From a bacterium (GTDB lineage: Bacteria > JADJOY01), in NCBI GenBank assembly GCA_046331705.1, contig JAXLQJ010000053.1:1-49451 (forward strand): a DNA stretch of 49,451 nucleotides, in the 5' to 3' direction. The translations under genes and the position numbers were made by a program. Shown piece after piece: positions 1 through 7,997 of this stretch. The notes beneath the pieces were generated by a model, which was not told the origin of the DNA, ran no database searches, and saw only the letters and a list, made by a program, of their open reading frames with translations. Numbering within the stretch: the first letter of the stretch is position 1; every line of letters starts with the position of its first letter.

Positions 1-71
1 CGCCGAGCGACGTGAGTCGTTCGCCGAGGCGGCCGCGAGCCATCGGATTCGCCATTCGGGAGGTGCCAGAC

Positions 72-3000
72 ATGAAGCGACATCGCGTGGTGCGCGTGCT
101 CGGCGCGCTGGTGCTGCTCGCAATGACGATGCTCGTGCCGCGTACACACGCCGAACCGCTCAGCCGCGATCGCGTCCCCGAGCCCCTGCAACCCTGGGTC
201 GACTGGGCGCTCCACGGCGCGCGCGAGTCGCTCTGCCCATTCCTCGCCGGTCAGCAGGACTCGTCGCGCTGTGCGTGGCCGGGACGCCTGGAGCTGGAGC
301 TCGACGAGCACGGTGGCCGATTCACGCAATCGTGGACCGTCGACGTCGAGTCCACGGTGCCGCTACCGGGCGGCGCCGGACGCTGGCCCGAGGACGTGAA
401 GCTCGACGGCGCGGCCGTCACTCCGCTTGCCCGTGCGGGTGTGCCGACGCTCCGGCTGGCGATCGGCGCGCACTCGGTCGCCGGCGTCTTTCGCTGGGAC
501 GCGCTGCCGGAAGCGCTGGAGGTCGCTCCCGACGTGGGCCTCGTCTCGCTCACGCTTCGCAACGCCGCCGTCGCGTTTCCCAGCCGCGACACCACCGGTC
601 GGGTGTGGCTCGGCCGCGTCGTGGACGCTCCCGCGGAGGAGGACCGCGTCACGGTGCGCGTGAGTCGGCGTGTCGTGGACGAGGTGCCGCTTCAACTCAC
701 CACGCGGATCGAGCTGGCGGTCTCCGGCAAGGCGCGCGAGGTGCATCTCGGCCCGGCGTTGCCCGCAGGCTTCGCGCCACTCTCGCTCTCGAGCCCGCTC
801 GCCGCACGTCTCGAGGCCGATGGGCGGCTGCGCGTGCAGGTTCGCCCCGGCGATTGGACGATCGAGCTGGTCGCCCGCCACGACGGACCCGTCGAATCGC
901 TCGCTCTGCCAGCGCCCACCGACGCGTGGGCCGAGGGCGGCGAGGAAACGTGGGTGTGGGATGCGCGCCCCGCGCTTCGCGTCGTCGAGATCGAGGACGT
1001 GATCGCCGTCGATCCGCAGCAGACCACGCTGCCGGACGATTGGAAGAGCTTGCCCGCGTACCGGATGGCGCCCGACGTGACGATGAAGCTCGTCGAACGG
1101 CGGCGCGGCAACGAGCCGCCCGAGCCCGATCGGCTCACGCTCGAGCGCGAGCTCTGGCTCGACTTCGACGGCGGCGGCTACACGGTGCGCGATCACCTGA
1201 CGGGCGCGCTCAACACGAGCTTCCGCTTGGAGATGCCGGCGCCGACCAAGCTCGGGCGCGTGGCGTTGTACGGCCGCGACCAGGTGGTCACGCGCCGTCC
1301 CGGCTCGGATCGCGACGGCATCGAGGTGCGCCAAGGTCAGCTCGCCCTCGACGCCGAAAGTCGAATCGATGCCGCGCTGCGCACGCTACCGGCCGTGTCG
1401 TGGGACACCGACGTCGAGAGCCTCTCGGCGACGATCCATCTGCCGCCTGGCTGGCGTGTGTTCGCGGCGCGCGGTGCGGATCAGGTGCCGGGCACCTGGG
1501 TGGAAGGATGGACACTCCTCGATTTCTTCGCGGTGCTGATCGCGGCGCTGGCGTTCCGGCGCTTGTGGGGCTGGGTGTGGGGTGGCGCGGCGCTGGTCGG
1601 GTTGGCGCTGATCCATCCCGAGGCGCACGGGTTCACGTGGCTCTTCCTCGCGGCGGTCGCGTTCGAGGCCGTGCTGCGCTTGCTCGCTCCCGGCACGGCA
1701 CGGCGCTGGGTGCGCGCGATCTGGATCGTGCTCGTGGGCTACGCGGTGCTGACCGCTGTGCCGTTTCTGGTCTGGCAGGTGCGCGTCGCGATGTATCCAG
1801 CGCTCGAACAGCCTCATTACGCGACGCCGGACGCGCCACCCGAAGGCTTCCCACCAGACTTTCTTCGCTATCACGCCGTGAGCGGGGCCGAGGCGCCCGT
1901 CGCTCCCGCCTCGCCCGCTCCGCGGGAAGCCTTTCACGCGACGGAGTCGGAGATCGATCAACCCGTCGATCGCGGCAGGCAGAACCTGGAGAGGCGCCTC
2001 GACGATCGTTTCGGGTCGCGCAAGTCTCGCGGGCTCGACCTCGGTTCCCTCGTGAGCGAATCCTCGGACGAGCTGCAACGCTTCGATCCCAACGCGGTCG
2101 TGAACACGGGTCCTGGCATCCCGTCGTGGTCGTGGAACCAGGTCTCGATCGGCTTCAGTGGTCCGGTCCAGCGCGAGCAAGACGTTTCGCTCTACCTGCT
2201 TTCGCCAGCGATCAACGCGTTGCTGAACGTGTTGCGCGCCACGTTCCTCGGCTTGCTGGTGCTCCGTCTCCTGGGACCGCGCGGCGATCGCTGGCCGAAG
2301 TGGCTCGGTGGCGGCGCACGATCGGCGCCGGCGGTCGCGGCTGCCGCACTCGTGACGATGGCGATCCTCGCCGCGCCGAATGCCGCCCGTGCCGACGTCC
2401 CCAACCAGGCGATCCTCGATCAGCTCCGGGCACGTCTCACCGAGCGCCCCGTGTGTCATCCCGATTGCGCGAGCATCGCCCGGGCCTATTTCGACGTGAG
2501 CGGCGGCAGGCTCAAAGCCCGCCTGGAGGTTGCCGCGCTCGCCGCCACCGCGATTCCGCTGCCGGGAAGCGGCAGCTCGTGGACTCCTTCGCAAGTGCTG
2601 GTCGACGGCAAGGCCACAGCGGCCGTCCGCGACGAGAGCGGCACGCTCTGGGCGTTGCTTTCCGCCCAGTCGAAGGAGGTGCTCCTCGACGGTCCACTCC
2701 CCGAACGCGACGAGGTGGCGATCCCGCTTCCGCTGGTCCCCGCGCGCGTCGAGGTCAAAGCTCCCGGCTTCACGATCGAAGGCGTCCACGAGAACGGCGA
2801 GCCCGATTCGAGCCTGACGTTGCGCCGTGAGCGCACCGAGCCGGCCGACCCCGACGCACTCGACGCAAACTCACCTCAGGTGTTGCCGTCCTTCCTCTCG
2901 GTCACCCGCTCGCTCAGCCTCGGCCTCAAATGGGAGGTCACCACACGCGTCACGCGGCTCTCGCCGAGCGGCGCGCCGGCCACCGCGCAGATCCCGCTTC

Positions 3001-4331
3001 TTCCGGGCGAATCGGTGACCACCGAGGGCAGCCGTGTCGAGAAGGGGCATGTGCTGGTCACGCTCGCGTCCGACAGCGACGAGGCCGAATGGTCGTCCAC
3101 CCTCGCGCAGCAGGGCTCGCTCGAGCTGGTGGCTCCCGCCACCGCCGACTTCGTGGAGATCTGGCAGCTCGGCGCCAGTACGCTCTGGCACGTCGAGGCG
3201 ACTGGATTGGCTCCCATTCATCCCGGCGACGTCACCGGCGTGCGCGTGCCCGAATGGCATCCGTGGCCCGGCGAGAAGCTCGCGCTCGCGATCACCCGTC
3301 CGGAAGGTGTCCCCGGCGCCACGCTCACCATCGATTCGAGCCTGCTCGCCGTGACGCCCGGCCTGCGGTCCACCGACTCGACACTCACGCTCTCGATCCG
3401 TTCCAGCCGCGGCGGTCGCCACGTCGTCACGCTGCCGGCTGGCGCGGAGCTGACGGCGGTGAAGGTCGGTGACGTTCCTCAGCCACTGCGCATGGATGGG
3501 TCACGGGTGACGTTGCCGATTCATCCGGGGAGCCAGGTGGCCGAGATCGCGTGGCGCGAGGCGCGTGGCATCGCCACCCGCTTCACCACGTCGCGCGTGG
3601 ACGCGGGTGCGCCGAGCGTGAACGCCACGGTGCGCGCCGACGTGTCGACGAATCGCTGGGTGCTGTTCGTGCACGGGCCGCGGCTCGGGCCGGCGGTGCT
3701 CTTCTGGAGCCTGCTCGCGGTGCTCTTGGTGGTCTCGATCGCCCTCGGTCGCGTGCCGCTGACACCGCTCGGGGCGCGCCACTGGTTCTTGCTCGGGATG
3801 GGGCTCACGCAGTTGCCGATCGGCGCGGCGGCGATCGTGGCGATCTGGCTGCTCGCGCTGGGCCTCAGGCGCGAACGCGTCGCGGCGCTCGACTCACCGG
3901 AGCGACGCCGGACGTTCAACCTGGTGCAGGTGGCGCTCGCGACGCTCACGCTGGTGGCGTTGGCGACGCTCTTCTGGGGGATCGAGAGGGGGCTCTTGGG
4001 GCTGCCGGAGATGCAGATCCGCGGCAACGGTTCGAGCGGCAGCACGCTGCGCTGGTTCGCCGATCGCGCGGCGGGAGAGCTGCCCACGGCCTGGATCGTT
4101 TCCGCGCCGCTTTGGATCTATCGCGTGGCGATGCTGGTTTGGGCGCTCTGGATCGCGGCCTCGCTCATCCGTTGGCTCAAGTGGGCGTGGGAGTCCTTCA
4201 CCACCGGCGGCGGCTGGAAGCCTGCGCCGCCCAAGCCGCCCAAGGGCCCGAAGGGCGTGCCGCCGCGTCGCGAGCCGAGCGTTCCGCCCCATGCCCCGCC
4301 GGCGGCGCCGGCCCCATCCGGAGCCACATGA
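72..4331 (+). CDS. Large hypothetical membrane protein (1419 aa) with signal peptide, two extracytoplasmic regions and two TM bundles; internally duplicated
   Basis: ATG at 72 follows GGGAGG. Signal peptide MKRHRVVR...THA|EP. Hydrophobic TM clusters mid-protein and at the C-terminus. Stop overlaps the next ATG (ATGA 4328-4331). Confidence 0.85.
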   Translation: MKRHRVVRVLGALVLLAMTMLVPRTHAEPLSRDRVPEPLQPWVDWALHGARESLCPFLAGQQDSSRCAWPGRLELELDEHGGRFTQSWTVDVESTVPLPGGAGRWPEDVKLDGAAVTPLARAGVPTLRLAIGAHSVAGVFRWDALPEALEVAPDVGLVSLTLRNAAVAFPSRDTTGRVWLGRVVDAPAEEDRVTVRVSRRVVDEVPLQLTTRIELAVSGKAREVHLGPALPAGFAPLSLSSPLAARLEADGRLRVQVRPGDWTIELVARHDGPVESLALPAPTDAWAEGGEETWVWDARPALRVVEIEDVIAVDPQQTTLPDDWKSLPAYRMAPDVTMKLVERRRGNEPPEPDRLTLERELWLDFDGGGYTVRDHLTGALNTSFRLEMPAPTKLGRVALYGRDQVVTRRPGSDRDGIEVRQGQLALDAESRIDAALRTLPAVSWDTDVESLSATIHLPPGWRVFAARGADQVPGTWVEGWTLLDFFAVLIAALAFRRLWGWVWGGAALVGLALIHPEAHGFTWLFLAAVAFEAVLRLLAPGTARRWVRAIWIVLVGYAVLTAVPFLVWQVRVAMYPALEQPHYATPDAPPEGFPPDFLRYHAVSGAEAPVAPASPAPREAFHATESEIDQPVDRGRQNLERRLDDRFGSRKSRGLDLGSLVSESSDELQRFDPNAVVNTGPGIPSWSWNQVSIGFSGPVQREQDVSLYLLSPAINALLNVLRATFLGLLVLRLLGPRGDRWPKWLGGGARSAPAVAAAALVTMAILAAPNAARADVPNQAILDQLRARLTERPVCHPDCASIARAYFDVSGGRLKARLEVAALAATAIPLPGSGSSWTPSQVLVDGKATAAVRDESGTLWALLSAQSKEVLLDGPLPERDEVAIPLPLVPARVEVKAPGFTIEGVHENGEPDSSLTLRRERTEPADPDALDANSPQVLPSFLSVTRSLSLGLKWEVTTRVTRLSPSGAPATAQIPLLPGESVTTEGSRVEKGHVLVTLASDSDEAEWSSTLAQQGSLELVAPATADFVEIWQLGASTLWHVEATGLAPIHPGDVTGVRVPEWHPWPGEKLALAITRPEGVPGATLTIDSSLLAVTPGLRSTDSTLTLSIRSSRGGRHVVTLPAGAELTAVKVGDVPQPLRMDGSRVTLPIHPGSQVAEIAWREARGIATRFTTSRVDAGAPSVNATVRADVSTNRWVLFVHGPRLGPAVLFWSLLAVLLVVSIALGRVPLTPLGARHWFLLGMGLTQLPIGAAAIVAIWLLALGLRRERVAALDSPERRRTFNLVQVALATLTLVALATLFWGIERGLLGLPEMQIRGNGSSGSTLRWFADRAAGELPTAWIVSAPLWIYRVAMLVWALWIAASLIRWLKWAWESFTTGGGWKPAPPKPPKGPKGVPPRREPSVPPHAPPAAPAPSGAT

Positions 4332-5395
4332 CGAGCCGCTCACCTCAGGCCTTTCTCACCGGTGGAACGGGATTCATCGGCGCCCGCCTCGCGGCACGGC
4401 TGCGCCGCGAAGGTCGCGCCGTGCGCGCGTTGGTGCGCACGCCGGCGAAGGCTGCGCGGCTTCGCGAGCTCGGCTGCGAGCTGGTCGCCGGCGATCTCAC
4501 CGAGCCGGCGAGCTTTCGCGACGCCGTCCGGGGTTGCGACGAGGTCTTCCACCTCGCCGCCTGGTACGAGCTGGGTGTCCCCGCCGCGCAAGCGCAGCGC
4601 ATCCACCGCGTCAACGTCGACGGCACCGAGGCCGTCCTGGACGCGGCGGCGCGTGCCGGCGCACGGCGCATCGTCCATTGCAGCAGTGTCGCCGCGCTGG
4701 GGCCGACCGGCGGCAGGCTCGTCGACGAGACCCACACCAACGACGGCCATTACCGAAGCCTCTACGAGCGCACCAAGGCGGAAGCGCACGAGCTCGCGAT
4801 GGCGCGTGCCCGCGCCGGCGCGCCGATCGTGGTCGGCATGCCGGGCACGGTCTACGGCCCCGCCGATCCCAGCCTGGTCGGCCTCTTCCATCGCGAGCTC
4901 GTGCGCGGGCTGGTGGTGGTGGGTGGGTTCGACGCGATGAGCATGACGCTGGTGCACGTCGAGGACGCCGCTGACGGGCTCTTTCGCTGCGCCACCCGCG
5001 CCCAGGCGGGTCAGAGCTACGTGCTCGGTGCAGACGTCGTGACGATGAAGGAATGGATCGCCACGGCTTGCGATCTCACGGGAATCCGCCGGCCGCTCTT
5101 CAGCGCCCCCGCGGGGCTCGTGAAGGCCGCGGCGCCATGGCTCGCCCCGCTGGCGCGTCTGGCTGGACTGCCACCCGAGCTCGTGAGCGAAGGTGTGGAG
5201 ATGAGCGCCGGGCTCACCTGGGCGTTTTCCGGCGACAAGGCCCGCCGCGATCTCGAATGGCGCCCGCGTACGTTCGACGCAGGCCTGGCCGAGACGCTCG
5301 CATGGTATCGCGACCGCTACGCGCCCAAGCGGCGATTCCACCCGCGTACCGAGCGTGCCCGCGCGGCGCTCGCCGCCGCCGGCATCACTCGCTGA
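4328..5395 (+). CDS. NAD-dependent epimerase/dehydratase (extended SDR, HpnA/dihydroflavonol reductase-like)
   Basis: TGGTGFIG Rossmann motif, HLAA, CSS, YERTK catalytic motif. ATGA coupling with the upstream gene. Confidence 0.9.
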   Translation: MTSRSPQAFLTGGTGFIGARLAARLRREGRAVRALVRTPAKAARLRELGCELVAGDLTEPASFRDAVRGCDEVFHLAAWYELGVPAAQAQRIHRVNVDGTEAVLDAAARAGARRIVHCSSVAALGPTGGRLVDETHTNDGHYRSLYERTKAEAHELAMARARAGAPIVVGMPGTVYGPADPSLVGLFHRELVRGLVVVGGFDAMSMTLVHVEDAADGLFRCATRAQAGQSYVLGADVVTMKEWIATACDLTGIRRPLFSAPAGLVKAAAPWLAPLARLAGLPPELVSEGVEMSAGLTWAFSGDKARRDLEWRPRTFDAGLAETLAWYRDRYAPKRRFHPRTERARAALAAAGITR

Positions 5396-6053
5396 CGGGC
5401 ACGGATTCCGTCGCGATCCCGACTCGATCGGTGTCCGGCTGCCCGGGCAGCAGCAAGTCTTCGAGGAAGTACGCCGCGAGGTCGTGGCGCCCACGCAGCC
5501 CGGCCTTGCGATAGAGCGTGAGCGCCTGCGAGCGCACGGTCTGCTCGCTGGTCTTGCGGATGCCCGCGATCTCCTTGTGGCTCAAGCCCTTGAGCAGAAG
5601 CAGCCCCACGTCGCGCTCGGAAGGCGTGAGCTGCCAATCGTGGAATTGGCGGTCGATCGCCTCGCCCAGCCCATCGAGGTAGCTTCGTGCCTCCCCGCGC
5701 CAGCGATCGACCTCGCGATCCGCCCGCTCCAGATGTCGCGAGAAGCTCGCGACCAATCGTTCGCTCTCCTCCAGCCTGCGTTGCAGCGACTGGACGCTCG
5801 CGATCACCAAGCCGATGGCCGCGAGCTCGACGGCGAGGTGACTGGCCGTCGCGCCGCGAAGGGCGTCATCTCCGACGTCCAAGAGCGCGAGCGAGAGCAA
5901 CGACGCCCAGAGCCAGCGCACCCGCTCGACGGTCCGATACGGCGCGGGTCTGTCTTGCGCCGTCCACGGCGCGACGCGGGCCTCGAGGAGGCCTTCTACC
6001 TTTGTTGGATGTTCGGCGAGGGATAGCCGGGGGAGGATGATCGGCGTCGTCAC
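5385..6053 (-). CDS. Membrane-anchored LuxR-family HTH transcriptional regulator (no receiver domain)
   Basis: C-terminal LTPSERDVGLLLLKGLSHKEIAGIRKTSEQTVRSQ LuxR HTH, preceded by two hydrophobic segments and a coiled coil. GTG at 6053 follows GAGG; the start is uncertain because the ORF is open to 6101. Confidence 0.85.
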   Translation of the reverse strand: MTTPIILPRLSLAEHPTKVEGLLEARVAPWTAQDRPAPYRTVERVRWLWASLLSLALLDVGDDALRGATASHLAVELAAIGLVIASVQSLQRRLEESERLVASFSRHLERADREVDRWRGEARSYLDGLGEAIDRQFHDWQLTPSERDVGLLLLKGLSHKEIAGIRKTSEQTVRSQALTLYRKAGLRGRHDLAAYFLEDLLLPGQPDTDRVGIATESVPVSE

Positions 6054-6156
6054 GGATTCCTCGGGGGGAAGGCAGGTCGGGCCGCTCGTTGCCATTCGCA
6101 CATCCCGTACCGACCAACCGAGGTGCTGAAATTCCTTGCAAAAGATGCGTTGGCCT

Positions 6157-6172
6157 TGTGAGATCGCTCACA
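6157..6172. promoter_or_regulatory. CRP-family binding site TGTGA-N6-TCACA
   Basis: TGTGAgatcgcTCACA is an exact match to the CRP consensus core. It lies in the divergent intergenic region and is flanked by GGCC...GGCC. Confidence 0.7.
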
Positions 6173-6306
6173 GGCCGTGGGGTTCGAGCACGTAGCCGAT
6201 CGGCGGCGGCCGTTGTCCGATCGTCTACGCGCGGTGCATTCGTCATCGTCCGTCCGGGTCGCGGCAGGTGCTTCCCGATGGCCGACCTGACGTGAGGAGA
6301 ATTCCG

Positions 6307-7851
6307 ATGCGAGACCACTCGTCGCCATTTGCCGTGCGTCGTCTTTCCGTGCTCGTCGCCGCCCTCGCGCTGGCGAGCTGCAACACCCCACCCGTCTTCA
6401 CGTCTAGCCCTCCGCTCGTCGCCAGCGCCACCGTCCCGTACGCGTACCAGGCGATCGCGAGCGGGGTCCCGGTTCCCACGTACGCGCTGGTGGCCGGTCC
6501 CACCGGCATGACGGTCGATACGACCACGGGATTGGTGCTGTGGACTCCCGCGCTCGATCAGGTTGGCGCCCAGCCCGTCACGCTGCGGGCCACCAACGCA
6601 GCAGGCTCGGTCGATCAGAGCTTCACGATCGACACGCAACCCCTGCCGCCGGCATTCACCTCGACGCCCCCTCTGGTGGCGAACGTGAACGTCCCGTACG
6701 TCTACGAGGCCGCGGCGAACGGAGCACCCACGCCGAGCTTCTCGCTCGTGACGGGCCCGGTGGGAATGACCGTCGACGAAGGGACGGGCCTGACCCTGTG
6801 GACTCCGACCCTCGATCAGCTCGGCGCGCAGGCGGTGACCATACGGGCCGAGAGCAGCGCCGGCTTCGCCGATCAGAGCTTCACCATCGACACCCAGCCC
6901 GAGCCGCCGGACACGACGCCGCCCACGGCCCCCCAGAACCTGCGCGCCACCGATCTCACGCAGACGAGCTACACGATGCTCTGGGACGCGCCTCCCGAAG
7001 GTGACGTGGCCGGGTATCGGCTCTACGAGCGTTCGTTCTCGAACCGCCAGGGCTTCTACACCTGGAATCTGGCGGCGGACGGCCTCGCCGCGACGACCTA
7101 CCCGCTCAGCAAGAGCCAGATTCGCTGGACCGGCATCTTCATGGTGCGTGCCTACGACTCGGTGGGGAACGAGTCGGCCAACTCCAACTCGCTCGCTTCC
7201 ACTTTCCTCACGCTGCCGAGCGTCGGCCATCCGATGGTCGGCACCAACGAGCGCGCCGCGGCGGTGATCGGCGAGCACCTGATGTTGATCGAGGGTGTCG
7301 ACAGCTATCCCGTCGAGTACCTGGGCGGCTATCAGGTTGCGGTCTACGGCAACCCGCTCCCAACCGCCGAGCTGCTCGCGGCACCCGAAGGCGTGGTGCT
7401 CGAGCCCATCAATGCGTCCACGTTTCGCCTGGTCTGGGATCCCGTGACCGGCGATCCCGGCACGCGCAGCATCACGGTGCGGGCGACCAACAGCGAGGGC
7501 ACCGCCGATTTCACCCTGGACTTCGAGGTCCATCCCGCTGGCACCGATCTCTTGGCGCCCAGCGGCACCGGGATCGTCTCGGTGCAGAACGCGCTCGGCG
7601 GCTGCAACGTGAGCTGGACCAAGTCGACGGACAACCACGAGATCGCCGGTTACTCGATCCGCGGCCAGCGCCACTACACGGCGCACCCGAACAGCTTCGG
7701 TTTCGTGTCGTACGGAACCGCGACCTCGGCGTTCGTGAACACGGTGCCGAGCGGCACCACCGGGTGGACGCTCTACGTCTCGGCCTTCGACGCCGCCGGC
7801 AACTACTCGTACCCGAACGGCGGCGGCACCACGTGCTCGCCGACGTGGTGA
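6307..7851 (+). CDS. Lipoprotein with putative Ig (He_PIG-like) repeats and fibronectin type III domains (Ig-Ig-FN3-Ig-FN3)
   Basis: GAGGAG RBS and lipobox LASC. Two 86-aa repeats (GPxGMTVDxxTGLxxWTP). FN3 hallmarks DTTPPTAPQNL...LWDAP...GYRLY...VRAYDSVGNES and VSWTKSTDNHEIAGY...SAFDAAGNYS. Confidence 0.85.
   Translation: MRDHSSPFAVRRLSVLVAALALASCNTPPVFTSSPPLVASATVPYAYQAIASGVPVPTYALVAGPTGMTVDTTTGLVLWTPALDQVGAQPVTLRATNAAGSVDQSFTIDTQPLPPAFTSTPPLVANVNVPYVYEAAANGAPTPSFSLVTGPVGMTVDEGTGLTLWTPTLDQLGAQAVTIRAESSAGFADQSFTIDTQPEPPDTTPPTAPQNLRATDLTQTSYTMLWDAPPEGDVAGYRLYERSFSNRQGFYTWNLAADGLAATTYPLSKSQIRWTGIFMVRAYDSVGNESANSNSLASTFLTLPSVGHPMVGTNERAAAVIGEHLMLIEGVDSYPVEYLGGYQVAVYGNPLPTAELLAAPEGVVLEPINASTFRLVWDPVTGDPGTRSITVRATNSEGTADFTLDFEVHPAGTDLLAPSGTGIVSVQNALGGCNVSWTKSTDNHEIAGYSIRGQRHYTAHPNSFGFVSYGTATSAFVNTVPSGTTGWTLYVSAFDAAGNYSYPNGGGTTCSPTW
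6388..6900 (+). repeat. Intragenic tandem duplication with a 258-bp period (two Ig-like domains)
   Basis: PPVFTSSPPLVA...DQSFTIDTQP (6388-6642) versus PPAFTSTPPLVA...DQSFTIDTQP (6646-6900). Confidence 0.9.
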
Positions 7852-7997
7852 GCGCCGCAGCGTCCTCGTCTCAACGGACGTGGAATGGACCCGGCGGCAC
7901 CGACGCCACACCATCGGCACACGTGAAGCGGGCGCGCCGCTGTCGATTCACCGCGGACGCCCACCCAACTCGAACCGGGGGGAGTGGAGGACTCGGG

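Noticed and set aside
275-2830. 851-aa overlapping ORF and similar Arg-rich alternative-frame ORFs throughout the window
   Set aside because: Off-frame products of GC3-biased real genes.
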